DNA of 64,000 nucleotides from Escherichia phage T4, in the sequence record OL964745.1. One strand, given 5' to 3'. Positions 51,046-62,253 of the stretch are shown here, in pieces. The position numbers and the translations under genes are program-made. The first letter of the stretch is position 1. Each line of letters opens with the position of its first letter. The notes under the pieces were generated by a model. That model worked only from the letters and a program-made list of their open reading frames with translations, made no database searches and was not told the DNA's origin.

Positions 51046-51432
51046 TTATTCGAGGGAAAGAAGATACTTACTCTGGTAAAACATTCCAGTAATATCATCT
51101 ATCGTGCTTTGGATGGCTGGAGGCATTTCTTTATAAATGCTGTTAGATTGGTCTAGTATGCGATCAATCATTTTAATTGTGTCGGTAGGAAGTTTACTGG
51201 CATCTGGAATTGAAGGCGTGTATTTTCGACCAGAATACCCCAAATATTGCTCACCAAATTTATCAATCAAATCTGGCAACTCGGAAAAAATAAAATCGTA
51301 TGCTTTGTGTCTAGCATAACTTTTAGTTTCAAAATGTGCAGAATGAAAATAAGCTTGTGCAGCCATTAATAAACCTAAGTATTCATCTGCCTTTGAAGGT
51401 TTTCCACTTTGTGAAAAGTCGCTGAATTTCAT
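51046..51432 (-). CDS. hypothetical protein (128 aa)
   Basis: ORF directly downstream of rI. Confidence 0.45.
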   Translation of the reverse strand: MKFSDFSQSGKPSKADEYLGLLMAAQAYFHSAHFETKSYARHKAYDFIFSELPDLIDKFGEQYLGYSGRKYTPSIPDASKLPTDTIKMIDRILDQSNSIYKEMPPAIQSTIDDITGMFYQSKYLLSLE

Positions 51433-51722
51433 TCAGTCTCCAATTTAATGTTCATAATTCTAGCGTATGATTGTGCCATCTCCGCGCCTCGCTCTATACA
51501 TTCAAAATCAGAAGAGCACGGGTCATTTTTATAGGTCGTTCTCATAAAACTATAGAATTGTTCAGACGATTCTACGCTTTTATTTTCAAAAAGCATATAA
51601 ACGTGCCTAATACCAGATTCCATAAATTTATCAAAATGAGGATCGACATTCGCTTCAATCGATGGAGATAAAACAAATGACAATCCTAGCATGGCAAAAA
51701 GTGCTGTTGCTTTTAAGGCCAT
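51429..51722 (-). CDS. rI: RI lysis-inhibition protein
   Basis: 97-aa ORF with N-terminal signal-anchor MALKATALFAMLGLSFVLSPSIEA, upstream of tk. Confidence 0.75.
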   Translation of the reverse strand: MALKATALFAMLGLSFVLSPSIEANVDPHFDKFMESGIRHVYMLFENKSVESSEQFYSFMRTTYKNDPCSSDFECIERGAEMAQSYARIMNIKLETE

Positions 51723-51980
51723 AAAGGCCTCCTATCATTTTTGTCCTGTATTTACTTTGTGCCGATGCACGGCCTTAACATCAAGGTATTTTTCAAAATT
51801 TCGCAATAGTATAGTCTGCCGGAGATTGGTTGAGTGATACTTCTCGACGCAAAGCTGAAATGATATTTCCAACTTCCCTACGAATTTCATCTAATTGAAG
51901 AACAGTAAGATTGCGAAGTTGCTTTTCAGTTAATTGTAGCATATACCCCTTTAGTTAGATACCTATTTATAACTTTTGCA

Positions 51981-52562
51981 CTAACCGAGCTTTTTAGTTA
52001 ATTCATTCCAATGTTTTCTACACAAAGAAACATAAATTTCATCACCAATACAAATTTGATTACCTTCTTTAACTGGTGTTCCATCTTCCATTAATCGAGC
52101 TGTCATAATCGCTTTTTTACCACAATGACAAACTGCTTTTAGTTCAATAAGTTTATCTGCAATCGCTAAAAGTTCTTTAGAACCTTCAAATAATTTTCCA
52201 GCGAAATCAGTCCTTAGCCCATAAGCCATAACAGGAACATTATATGTATCAACAATTCGGCTCAATTGATGCACCTGTTCAGTTTTTAAAAACTGAGCTT
52301 CATCTACAAATACGCAATGAATATCTTTTTGTGCTTCAGCCCATTTATAGAACTCGAAAATATCCATATCATCTGTAATAATATTCGCTTCCTGCTTAAT
52401 TCCAATGCGAGAAACGACTTCACAGACAGAATCGCGAGTATCAATAGCAGGCTTAAGAACTAATACACTCATTCCACGTTCTTTATAATTATGTGCAGCA
52501 GTCAAAAGAGAAGCAGATTTTCCAGCATTCATTGCTGCATAAGTAAAAATTAAACTCGCCAT
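51981..52562 (-). CDS. tk: thymidine kinase
   Basis: 193-aa ORF; P-loop YAAMNAGKS, FVDEAQF, zinc-ribbon CHCGKKA...C..H. Confidence 0.95.
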   Translation of the reverse strand: MASLIFTYAAMNAGKSASLLTAAHNYKERGMSVLVLKPAIDTRDSVCEVVSRIGIKQEANIITDDMDIFEFYKWAEAQKDIHCVFVDEAQFLKTEQVHQLSRIVDTYNVPVMAYGLRTDFAGKLFEGSKELLAIADKLIELKAVCHCGKKAIMTARLMEDGTPVKEGNQICIGDEIYVSLCRKHWNELTKKLG

Positions 52563-52563
52563 C

Positions 52564-52752
52564 TTAGTCCTTAGTTAAATTTTCTAAATATGTTTCTAAA
52601 TCATTTTCAGCTTTATCGATAGATTTTACTAATTCGTAATATGTTTCGGCATCTCCATATTCAGAAGATATTTCAAAAGACAAATCCTTTTCTAAACTAA
52701 TAATTTCACCAACTAAAAATAATATTTCGTTCTTTTGTTCGCGAGTAATCAT
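52564..52752 (-). CDS. hypothetical protein (62 aa)
   Basis: ORF track. Confidence 0.4.
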   Translation of the reverse strand: MITREQKNEILFLVGEIISLEKDLSFEISSEYGDAETYYELVKSIDKAENDLETYLENLTKD

Positions 52753-52940
52753 AAGGAATTTATATAATCAATGAGTTCTTGTTCTTTATTATCGAATTCT
52801 TTAGAAAGTTCTTCGTACTCGTTTGCGCTAAAAGGACCGCATTCATTACAAACTTTTTCCAATTCACTATTTTTATCCATAACTTCGTGGATAAGAGAAA
52901 AGAGTGTGTCTTTTTGTTCTTTGCTTAAACTCATAACCAT
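52749..52940 (-). CDS. hypothetical protein (63 aa)
   Basis: ORF track; paralogous to 52564..52752. Confidence 0.4.
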   Translation of the reverse strand: MVMSLSKEQKDTLFSLIHEVMDKNSELEKVCNECGPFSANEYEELSKEFDNKEQELIDYINSL

Positions 52941-52962
52941 GTCACCTTTAAGCAGTATTCTT

Positions 52963-53154
52963 CTACATGCTGTTTACGACCTTTCTTATCAATAAAGGTA
53001 TATTCAACGAATGTTCCAATGTAGTCTTATCTACATCATGTGGACTATTAATTGGACATTTAGTGCGACAAATGCGTTCCCATTGACGAATAATTACTGC
53101 CTTATTCTTTGGGTCATATGGATGTGGATAATGTATATTCATAATAGTTCCCAA
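52963..53154 (-). CDS. hypothetical protein (63 aa)
   Basis: ORF track. Confidence 0.35.
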   Translation of the reverse strand: MGTIMNIHYPHPYDPKNKAVIIRQWERICRTKCPINSPHDVDKTTLEHSLNIPLLIRKVVNSM

Positions 53155-53571
53155 TCAACAATCACAATTTCTAATTTAGAGGAATATGTATCTAAAATCC
53201 CCTCAATAATATCCCAGTTCCCTTTACCTATGCCTGCACCAATCCTAGGCATATAGATTGTAGGTTTAATCAGTTTATTTTCACCAAACTCATTTAATTC
53301 TAACATACAATTCATTAAAGCGGAATACTCAATTTGGCCCTGGTTGAAATTGAGTATAAAGATTGAAGCAGTAAGCTTTATGAGTCCTAAAGTATTTTTC
53401 ATAGACTGAGTAAGAACCGAGTTTAGTTACATCACCCCATTCAGTCTGTAATTTATCAGCTTCCAAAATTTTAGGGAAAGCTTTGGTTAATTGACCCGCT
53501 ACGCCTGAACCCATAGTATGAAAACAATTATCCATGTGCAATATTTTTACCTTCAGCGAAAAGGGCGACAA
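53139..53571 (-). pseudogene. macro-domain-like protein split into two overlapping frames
   Basis: 53329..53571 carries HTMGSGVAGQLTKAFP; 53139..53402 carries IYMPRIGAGIGKGNWDIIEGIL; 74-nt overlap in different frames. Confidence 0.4.
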
Positions 53572-53593
53572 TATCGCCCTTGATATTTTACAA

Positions 53594-53941
53594 TCATCTA
53601 GTACTCAATCCTCGATTATAAGAATCTACCAAACGGTCAACCATTGAATGACAAGCGGCTTTATCTTTCTCCTCCGCAACTGAACATTCTAAGGTATTCC
53701 ACTTTTTAGCATATCGTTTTAACAATGTATCGTTTTTGTATCTGCTTGATTTATCTCTTTCTCCGTCTTTATATGCATATATTAATTTCTGTGCAAATTC
53801 AGCTTGGCATGCCTTATTTTTCCCACAATAATCTGCCGCAGTGCGGTTTACATATTCTCTAATTTCAGTATATGATGTATCTGCTGACGCAGAAGCAGAA
53901 AATGAAATTAATCCTATACATAAAACCAAAATTTTAGTCAT
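53594..53941 (-). CDS. vs: Vs (valyl-tRNA synthetase modifier)-like protein with signal peptide
   Basis: 115-aa ORF between tk and regB. Confidence 0.6.
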   Translation of the reverse strand: MTKILVLCIGLISFSASASADTSYTEIREYVNRTAADYCGKNKACQAEFAQKLIYAYKDGERDKSSRYKNDTLLKRYAKKWNTLECSVAEEKDKAACHSMVDRLVDSYNRGLSTR

Positions 53942-54479
53942 TTACTATTTCCAAAAGTTTATTATTTTTAAGGTAATTAGCCTTTTCTAGGACTTCAGAA
54001 GCATATTTAGAACCTGCTTTAACATTCCATCCCGAATTATAAGAGGATATTGCTTTTCTTATATCGCCCTTATGTATATTTAACCAATAAGAAAGTTCAA
54101 TGTACGCCCAGGAAGCTGAATTGGATCGTTTATTCAACATTCTTTTTATTTCAGCATCGGTCATATTATAACCAAGTTCCTTAACTCTTGCTCGCATAGT
54201 AGGCAAATAATTTTGGAACATTCCGTAGGCGTGATGCTTTGGTTTAGATTTTAAATTAACTCCGCCAGAGCTTTCTTGCCATAAAATGGCAGCCATTATA
54301 TGACCTAATCCGCTCTTGTGGATATTTTTGTGTGTTTTATATTTTCCATCCTTAGAAAATTGTTCCCCGAATTGATACGCGTAACGCATGTTATCGAGTT
54401 GGACATTACTGAAATTATGCTCGGAGCTATGTGCCATCATTGAAATGGCCAATAGACCAGCGAGTAGTGCTTTTCTCAT
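53934..54479 (-). CDS. lytic transglycosylase-like protein (181 aa)
   Basis: Signal peptide plus SLT-like motif ...ESSGGVNLKSKPKHHAYGMFQ... Confidence 0.55.
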   Translation of the reverse strand: MRKALLAGLLAISMMAHSSEHNFSNVQLDNMRYAYQFGEQFSKDGKYKTHKNIHKSGLGHIMAAILWQESSGGVNLKSKPKHHAYGMFQNYLPTMRARVKELGYNMTDAEIKRMLNKRSNSASWAYIELSYWLNIHKGDIRKAISSYNSGWNVKAGSKYASEVLEKANYLKNNKLLEIVND

Positions 54480-54486
54480 GCTTACC

Positions 54487-54948
54487 TCATTGAGTTTTAA
54501 TTACTGCTTTAGAAGCCTTTCCTGGTAAACGACGACTGTTGATAATTGCCATCCTACATTGAAGTGACGGGTCTTTGAACTTCTCGTTAGGTTTACAAAC
54601 TGTAAATCCAAGCCAAAGATTTCCATCTGTGATTTCTAAACGTCCAGGACGATATTCAACCCCATCAATAAAATCCTCGTCAATGTCAGGACGCGGAGGC
54701 ATACTCAGGAATTCATTAACTTCTAAAACATGGTCTTTTATTTTATGGAATAATTCAAAAACGTATGTCTCATCAATCTCCCGTTGAATTGCGCGATCAA
54801 GAAGATGTTGAGAATATTTTAGATGAAACGATGAGACTCCTGCTGCTTTTGATGCCTCACGAATCTCATTGTTAATTTGACGAAACTCCGACTCAAAGTG
54901 ACGACGAAGCTTATTTCGACGGATAAAAACTTCTGTATTGATAGTCAT
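54487..54948 (-). CDS. regB: RegB site-specific endoribonuclease
   Basis: 153-aa ORF upstream of denV-ipII-ipIII-e. Confidence 0.8.
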   Translation of the reverse strand: MTINTEVFIRRNKLRRHFESEFRQINNEIREASKAAGVSSFHLKYSQHLLDRAIQREIDETYVFELFHKIKDHVLEVNEFLSMPPRPDIDEDFIDGVEYRPGRLEITDGNLWLGFTVCKPNEKFKDPSLQCRMAIINSRRLPGKASKAVIKTQ

Positions 54949-55092
54949 GTTATTCTCCTCTTAACTGATAGAAAAATTATACCACAGTCAAGAGGAGTCC
55001 ATTTCTGTATTTACCCATTACCGCGCTTGGGCTCGACCTTATTACAGGTTGGCGGGAATCCCTCATATAATCATGAGGTCCAGGTTGTTCCC

Positions 55093-55509
55093 TTATGCAT
55101 AAATCGCCTTACCGTAGTATTTGTACCAAGTAGGACGTTGTGCAATTTTTTCATCTAAACGAGCTTGTGATATAGCAATAGAAGCTTCATGGGGAATATA
55201 ATCACCACGGAATTCCTGAGGAATATCACTAATATCCTGGACTGTAGTATCCTTGATATTAAAACCACGTTTTAAACATTCAGCTATAAGCTCAATTTGA
55301 CGTTTACGTAAGAACTCGAGCTTATCGTAAAAGAATGTAACATGACCTGCGCCAAGGATAAAAGTAGGACTGATTTTAAAATCACGAACACGTTTACCGT
55401 TAGCAACATGCTTACGAACTGCACCAAAAACACGCGGCAATTCACGATATTCAGCCATTAAGTGTTGGTCAGCCAATTCAGATACTAAAGTAAGGTTGAT
55501 ACGAGTCAT
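55093..55509 (-). CDS. denV: endonuclease V (DenV), pyrimidine-dimer DNA glycosylase
   Basis: 138-aa [30 protein letters not shown]... Confidence 0.95.
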
Positions 55510-55569
55510 TTTAGTGTTCTCCTGTAGTTGATAGGTCTATAGTATCATACCTACAGGAGATGTAAACTG

Positions 55570-55872
55570 TTATTTATCTTTAATTGCTTTAGCTGCTTCG
55601 ATAGCCGCTTGCTGAAGGTCATCCATAGACATGCCGAACTTAGAAGCAAAGTTATCAATTTTCTTTTCGACGGCATTCAAAGGCTTGGCCTGTTTACCTT
55701 CATTAGCGCCAGGAAGAGCGAGAATACGCTCTCTGTCAATATAAAGGCTTACAAGTTTCTTACGGTCTTTATCGGGCAAATCATGAAATGAATGGGCCTT
55801 TTTATTTACAGCGGCTTCTAATTTACCTGCGCCCACTCGCGCTTCGGCAATAAATTCTTGATATGTTTTCAT
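55570..55872 (-). CDS. ipII: internal protein II
   Basis: 100-aa ORF beginning MKTYQEFIAEA (capsid targeting sequence). Confidence 0.85.
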   Translation of the reverse strand: MKTYQEFIAEARVGAGKLEAAVNKKAHSFHDLPDKDRKKLVSLYIDRERILALPGANEGKQAKPLNAVEKKIDNFASKFGMSMDDLQQAAIEAAKAIKDK

Positions 55873-55987
55873 ATGTTTCCTTTAAATGTAAATATTTTTA
55901 TTATTCTATCCTAGAATTGTGATAATATATTCACAATTCTAGGAGTTGTAAACTGCTTTTATTTAAGCGTCCCAAGTATAAGCTTTA

Positions 55988-56569
55988 TTAAGAATTACCA
56001 CGGGCTGCATTAGCAACGGCGTAAGCGTACTGAATATTAGCGTCTTTAAACTTACCTTTAGAGGTATCTATTTCTGCCTTAAAGCCGCCTTTAGTCATAA
56101 CATCGGCAAATTCTTTACGGAAAGCCATTGCATCAAGACCTTTCCATGATGATTTATGCTTGGCAAATTCAAGACCTGCGAAGTTGACAGCTTTAGCCAA
56201 TTTATTATCAATGACCCATTTACCGGCTTTAGGCACAAACTTCGGGCCTTTCTGTTTAGAGAACAGTTTTAAATTCCAGCGGCGAAGGTCTGCATCAGCT
56301 TTAACAAATTCTGAGTCTAAGTTACTAGCAACAACATCTTCAATATGAGCAAATTTAAGTCCGTCAACTTCAATATTTAAATCGGTACGCCAGCGAAGTC
56401 CTTCCCAAGCGAAGGCTTTAAAGTCGGAAGCCTTTGTAGCTAAGTACCGTTCAATAGGAGCTGTTTTAGGGTCAAAGCCGTTTCCTGATCGGTAGGTCCA
56501 CTCATCTTTGTTAATGCCTTTGGCCTTTACTACAGAAGCTTCGGCAATAAATTCTTGATATGTTTTCAT
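55988..56569 (-). CDS. ipIII: internal protein III
   Basis: 193-aa ORF beginning MKTYQEFIAEA. Confidence 0.85.
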   Translation of the reverse strand: MKTYQEFIAEASVVKAKGINKDEWTYRSGNGFDPKTAPIERYLATKASDFKAFAWEGLRWRTDLNIEVDGLKFAHIEDVVASNLDSEFVKADADLRRWNLKLFSKQKGPKFVPKAGKWVIDNKLAKAVNFAGLEFAKHKSSWKGLDAMAFRKEFADVMTKGGFKAEIDTSKGKFKDANIQYAYAVANAARGNS

Positions 56570-56656
56570 ATGTTTCCTTTAAATATTTTAATTAGTAATT
56601 GTCTATTCAAGTAATTGTGAATATACTATCACAATTCCAAGAGAAAGTAAACAGCT

Positions 56657-57620
<964 letters not shown>

Positions 57621-57793
57621 TTTAATTTCCTGCATTCAGTGATAAAGTTATTTAAATTTTGAGCATATTTCTTTTCATCAAAAATCTTTTGCTGTCTGCG
57701 TAACCGCCATGGCATTTCAATGAACATACGCCATATTCCTGATAATACTGCTGCTGTAAAAATATTAACAAGTAGTTAAAAGAATCCAATCGC

Positions 57794-58102
57794 CTATTCT
57801 GTCCATTGGATTTTTATAAAAAAGTAAAATACGAATGATGATATAGGAAGACTAATGATATACCACAGAAGAACCTTCTTATCTGTGAACCAATCAGCAT
57901 TCGTTAACTTAGCGCGACCATTTTGAATACACACGAATTTATCATCTGTTACAGTAAATGGCTTAGCTGCTTGATATCCCATTCTAAACTCCCTAATTAA
58001 TCGTTTCTTTGTATCTTCGGAACAACCATTCCAATCAACTCTATCAACTGGAATGCCATCATCCCCATCATCTAAATCATACCAGCGAGTTTTTAAAATC
58101 AT
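57794..58102 (-). CDS. hypothetical membrane protein (102 aa)
   Basis: ORF track. Confidence 0.4.
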   Translation of the reverse strand: MILKTRWYDLDDGDDGIPVDRVDWNGCSEDTKKRLIREFRMGYQAAKPFTVTDDKFVCIQNGRAKLTNADWFTDKKVLLWYIISLPISSFVFYFFIKIQWTE

Positions 58103-58461
58103 TTAATTTTCCTGCAATCAATCACAAACTCTTTCATTGATTCATTTTCAATATAAGACATGTAGCTATTATATTCTTTTAATTGTATTTTGTAATCCTT
58201 TTTTCTTTGCCAATTTATTTTAAAATTATCATAATGAAAATATAAAATGATACCAAAGAATGAAAACAATGAAATAATTTTAGTATAACAAAGCTCGCTC
58301 CAAACTTCTATTATATCTACTGTACCACTGATTTTTAAAATAAAACAGTCAATTAATAGTCCAATAAGACTACCTGTAAGAGCTGCAGCCAACGCCACAG
58401 CAAAAATTAAAAATGACTCAGAAAACGAATATTTGACTTTATTTAGCTTTGGCTTTTGCAT
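58099..58461 (-). CDS. hypothetical membrane protein (120 aa)
   Basis: ORF track. Confidence 0.4.
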   Translation of the reverse strand: MQKPKLNKVKYSFSESFLIFAVALAAALTGSLIGLLIDCFILKISGTVDIIEVWSELCYTKIISLFSFFGIILYFHYDNFKINWQRKKDYKIQLKEYNSYMSYIENESMKEFVIDCRKIK

Positions 58462-58856
58462 CGTGATTCCTTAACAAATTTCATAATTTCATTAAATTCA
58501 TACTCAGCAAGTTTAAGCTGGTGTTCCTTTTTAATCTTTTTGCACTGGGCTTTCCAATCACGTACGCGTTTACGATAATGTCTTCCTTGATACCAGTATC
58601 CTATCCAATTTACGGGTACTAATAAAAATGGAACTACCAATGGAAGAGTTAGCATTAACATAATTATTACGCCAGAATCAATATCAGTCATAACATCTAA
58701 AACACCTCCAATAATCAATAGAATTACAAATGATATAGCTATCACAGGACCTATTAATACATCAGTAGAAATTATCTGGCGCTTTAATTCATACTTCAAA
58801 GGTTTACTTGGAAGGTATAGTGATGGCTTTGACATATTCTCTACATTCCTTAACAA
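58443..58856 (-). CDS. hypothetical membrane protein (137 aa)
   Basis: ORF track. Confidence 0.4.
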   Translation of the reverse strand: MLRNVENMSKPSLYLPSKPLKYELKRQIISTDVLIGPVIAISFVILLIIGGVLDVMTDIDSGVIIMLMLTLPLVVPFLLVPVNWIGYWYQGRHYRKRVRDWKAQCKKIKKEHQLKLAEYEFNEIMKFVKESRCKSQS

Positions 58857-59412
58857 ATTTTTCTAGTAATAAATCACTTTCAAAATTAGGATTTTCCACT
58901 AATTTATCAAAAAGATCATCAACAATATTCAAGATATTTCTTTTACTAAGAATACGTTTATTTTCATGCTTCGTTTCAGAATCAACTATAAGAGTAAAGA
59001 AATATTTCTTTCCCTGAAATTTTACCGTAGTATCAATATAAAATAAATTTGACTTTTGTAAATTACGTTTAAACCATGCGTCACTTAAACTATAAACACC
59101 GAGATAATCAAAATCGTCGTTTAAATAACAAACTGACCATTCAGGAGAAATGAAATCAGTAAATTCAACATCAAAATCACATGTCAATGAATGAATTGAT
59201 TCAATACTGTTAATAAGTATTCCAGGACGTATTAAAGACTTTTTACCTCTGGAAAATCTTCCAGAAAGACTTTCATCAGTTTCATATGAAGAACCCCAAT
59301 AATAATTACGTCCTTTTGCCATATGTTTAAGAGCATTTAGTAATTGGTCTGGAACATCAACGTGTCTTTGGAACTCTTCAAACATTGAATTGAAATCACT
59401 TTGCATTTTCAT
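58804..59412 (-). CDS. hypothetical protein (202 aa)
   Basis: ORF track. Confidence 0.45.
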   Translation of the reverse strand: MKMQSDFNSMFEEFQRHVDVPDQLLNALKHMAKGRNYYWGSSYETDESLSGRFSRGKKSLIRPGILINSIESIHSLTCDFDVEFTDFISPEWSVCYLNDDFDYLGVYSLSDAWFKRNLQKSNLFYIDTTVKFQGKKYFFTLIVDSETKHENKRILSKRNILNIVDDLFDKLVENPNFESDLLLEKFVKECREYVKAITIPSK

Positions 59413-59429
59413 TCCTATTTACTCCAAGT

Positions 59430-59452
59430 AATAGGGGGCCGAAGCCCCTTAT
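59430..59452 (-). terminator. UUCG hairpin
   Basis: Minus RNA GGGGC-UUCG-GCCCC. Confidence 0.45.
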
Positions 59453-59454
59453 CA

Positions 59455-60048
59455 TTATTTCAGAGAATTAATATATTCCTGAACATCGGCAGAGGTAGTT
59501 TCAACCCCAGAAATATTACCATTAAAGGTTTCAACTCGAGCAAGAGTATCTTCAATATCAACCTTAGTCAGTGCTGCAATTTCAACTACATCATCAGCAG
59601 TACTAATTCCAAGGGCATTTGCTGCACGAGTTTCACGGATATATTCCAATTTAACTGCAAGTTCTTGGCGAGCATCATCTAACTCAACTACTTTCTTGGC
59701 GATTTCAATTCGCATTTCAGCATAACCATCAGCTTTAGTAGTCAGCTGTTCAGCTGTTCGACGATATAGCAAGCCGAGTTTAGCATGCATTGTTACATCT
59801 TGACCTTCGGAAAGAAGCTTGCGAATTTCACGCTCTTTTGATTCGGCCTGTTTATTCTTTTCAACAATAAGTTCACGAATACGTTTTTCTTCATTAATAG
59901 ATTTAACAGAAGCAGTTTTTAGGTCTTTAATTTTATCAAGTAGTTTTGCTGCTGCAGCAGTATACTGTTCTTCAACAGATAGATTTTTAGCCATTGCAGA
60001 ACCAAGTTTAGTGCGAATAAACTCAACAATTTTCTTCAGTGTGTTCAT
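59455..60048 (-). CDS. coiled-coil protein (197 aa), PspA/IM30-like by composition
   Basis: Long heptad-like helices; family assignment tentative. Confidence 0.4.
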
Positions 60049-60110
60049 AGTATTTCCTTAGGTTGGTATAATTAGATAATATAATATCACGTTTCTAATA
60101 GATTGTAAAC

Positions 60111-60446
60111 TTATTCTTCGTCTAGCTCGTCGATAAAGGCGTTGATGGCCTCGATAATGGCATCATTGATAGCCAATAAAATAAAATCATCGTCAGTACC
60201 TTTAGAAGATTCTAAAGCATTGATATATGCTTGGTTGACGAGTTCCCAAGCCTTTTTAAAATAAGGAGCTTCATCATCAGGACAAATATCCCGCACGCCT
60301 TCAAAGATACGTTTGGCATAATCTAACACCCATTGTACAGGCATGTTTTGAGAACGTTCGTTAAACTCTTTAAAGTCCTTAGATTCAAAAAGCTCTTCAG
60401 GATAATTATTTCTATTACAAAAAGCTTTACTAAAGTTACGTTTCAT
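60111..60446 (-). CDS. hypothetical protein (111 aa)
   Basis: ORF track. Confidence 0.4.
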   Translation of the reverse strand: MKRNFSKAFCNRNNYPEELFESKDFKEFNERSQNMPVQWVLDYAKRIFEGVRDICPDDEAPYFKKAWELVNQAYINALESSKGTDDDFILLAINDAIIEAINAFIDELDEE

Positions 60447-60502
60447 AATGTTTTCCTCATTTGTATAGGCTCATAATATCTCAATCATGAGCCTATGTAA
60501 AC

Positions 60503-60829
60503 TTATTTCATATTATTGAAATATTCTTCTGCGATTTCGTCGTTATCATGGTAAACTTTAGAAGACAGTTTAACATAACTTTCAGCAGTGAACATGTTAA
60601 TCACAACCTTTACAGTATACCACTGACCGTCTTCATTACCCATTACTGCGTAAGTTTCAAACATCGGATGGTCAGGACCGATAACTTTAATATCATTCAC
60701 CGTACGACCGAAATCTTCTGAAACACATTTCATAAAGAAGTTGAAAAGTTCACCGTAATTATCCATTTTATTCTCCAAGTTATTTTCTGTATCAGTAGTT
60801 GATAGTTGTATAGTACCATGGAAGAACAA
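60503..60829 (-). CDS. hypothetical protein (108 aa)
   Basis: ORF track. Confidence 0.4.
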   Translation of the reverse strand: MFFHGTIQLSTTDTENNLENKMDNYGELFNFFMKCVSEDFGRTVNDIKVIGPDHPMFETYAVMGNEDGQWYTVKVVINMFTAESYVKLSSKVYHDNDEIAEEYFNNMK

Positions 60830-61039
60830 GGATGTAAACAGTTTTGTGAAAAAATTTTTAAAAAGTTTTAGGGAATTCTAGGGCGGAGAGGGGCAATTAA
60901 AAGATAGGATAATATATTATAAAGGGTATAAACTAAATGATGCCTAGAGAGGTCTGGAAAGGCTTAGATACCAAAAAGCCCCAACCTTTCGGTCGGGGCT
61001 AAGCCTTGCGGCAACCTTGTCGGGGTTCCACCTGCCAAG

Positions 61040-61310
61040 GCAAGTGTTTGTACGAAACGCCGGGATTCGAACCCGGTTATTAAGTAGTTGACGCTACTCA
61101 ATATTTTTAAAAGGCCATATCTCAACCATATCCGAACGTTCCGTCAAAAACGCTACTCGGCTTACGGCAAAGATATTTCCTCGAATCGATAATTTGGTGC
61201 GCCGTTTCTGCTGTGATGTAAGAGGGCATCAATAAACGCAAAGATTATTAACGCAATTCCTTACTCAGGGAACATCAGTCCGACGACTTACCGGTAGCGA
61301 CCCGGTTTCT
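61040..61310 (-). ncRNA. tRNA-like small stable RNAs (T4 RNA C / RNA D region)
   Basis: Downstream of tRNA-Arg: segments with T-arm CCGGG-UUCGAAU-CCCGG and ...ACGGCGCACCA 3' end; boundaries approximate. Confidence 0.45.
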
Positions 61311-61314
61311 CATT

Positions 61315-61389
61315 TGGTATCCCGCCCTGGGATCGAACCAGGACCGCAAACTTAGAAGGATCGTATGCTATCCATTACACCAGCGGGAC
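61315..61389 (-). tRNA. tRNA-Arg (anticodon UCU)
   Basis: rc gives GTCCCGCTGGTGTAATGGATAGCATACGATCCTTCTAAGTTTGCGGTCCTGGTTCGATCCCAGGGCGGGATACCA; loop CUUCUAA. Confidence 0.8.
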
Positions 61390-61711
61390 GTAATTTAAAA
61401 TTTCATTTTTCGACCTTTAAACCATCCTTCTGGAATTGGGTCAGTTTTCTTAATACGTTTAGAAACTTTTTCATCTAATGAATGAATCCACATCATACCG
61501 AATTGGGAATTCTTTTCACCTTTCTGGTGATTATTTTTGGCGTGAGATTCTTTCATTTTATTAATAGTTTCAGGAGTATGATGCTTATTTAGATCTGCTA
61601 TTATTTAAAAATTTTTCCCTGTATTCAGGAGTTGACCACAAACGTTTAAATACATTTGAACCAATTTTACGATATTTTTCTTGAAGTAAAATATCATTTT
61701 CAAAACGTGAC

Positions 61712-62052
61712 TTAAACGATAGCTCCTTTTAAGCTAGCATCTTTCTTCTGGTTTAGCATTCCAGGAATATTTACATGATCCCATCCACCTTCACCGCCAA
61801 GTTTTAAATTATACACATCTGGTCTATTTAAAAACTCTTCTGTGACAATATTTTTCTCGGCTTCAAGCATAGATTCTTTATCGTCAAAATACTCTAATAT
61901 TTCTTTAGAAAAATTTTCTATACCATATTTATCTTGGGCTCTTTTTAATAATTTACCAGAACCCATATCCATCATCTAAATTTTCGGTAGAATGCACACC
62001 AATATAAATTTTATTATTAATTTTATTTGTTATTTTATAAGTGTAATAGAAC
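61712..62052 (-). pseudogene. segB: GIY-YIG homing endonuclease SegB-like, frameshifted, inside the tRNA cluster
   Basis: MFYYTYKITNKINNKIYIGVHSTENLDDGY then out of frame into MGSGKLLKRAQDKYG...YNLKLGGEGG (track ORF 61712..61975); TATATG reads TATG at about 61964-61967. Confidence 0.7.
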
Positions 62053-62095
62053 ATAAATATCTCCTATTTCTAAGAGTATTTATGTTCTCAAAATA

Positions 62096-62169
62096 TGACC
62101 CAGACCAGATTTGAACTGGTAACCTTTCCCTTATGAGGGGACTGCTGCTAACCATTGAGCTACAGGGCC
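62096..62169 (-). tRNA. tRNA-Ile (anticodon CAU)
   Basis: Cloverleaf with loop CUCAUAA; T-arm ACCAG-UUCAAAU-CUGGU. Confidence 0.75.
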
Positions 62170-62170
62170 T

Positions 62171-62246
62171 TGGTGCTGATTGACGGAATCGAACCGCCGA
62201 CATCCTCATTACAAGTGAGGTGCTCTACCTACTGAGCTAAATCAGC
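62171..62246 (-). tRNA. tRNA-Thr (anticodon UGU)
   Basis: GCTGATTTAGCTCAGTAGGTAGAGCACCTCACTTGTAATGAGG...GGTTCGATTCC...AATCAGCACCA. Confidence 0.85.
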
Positions 62247-62253
62247 AAAATTA

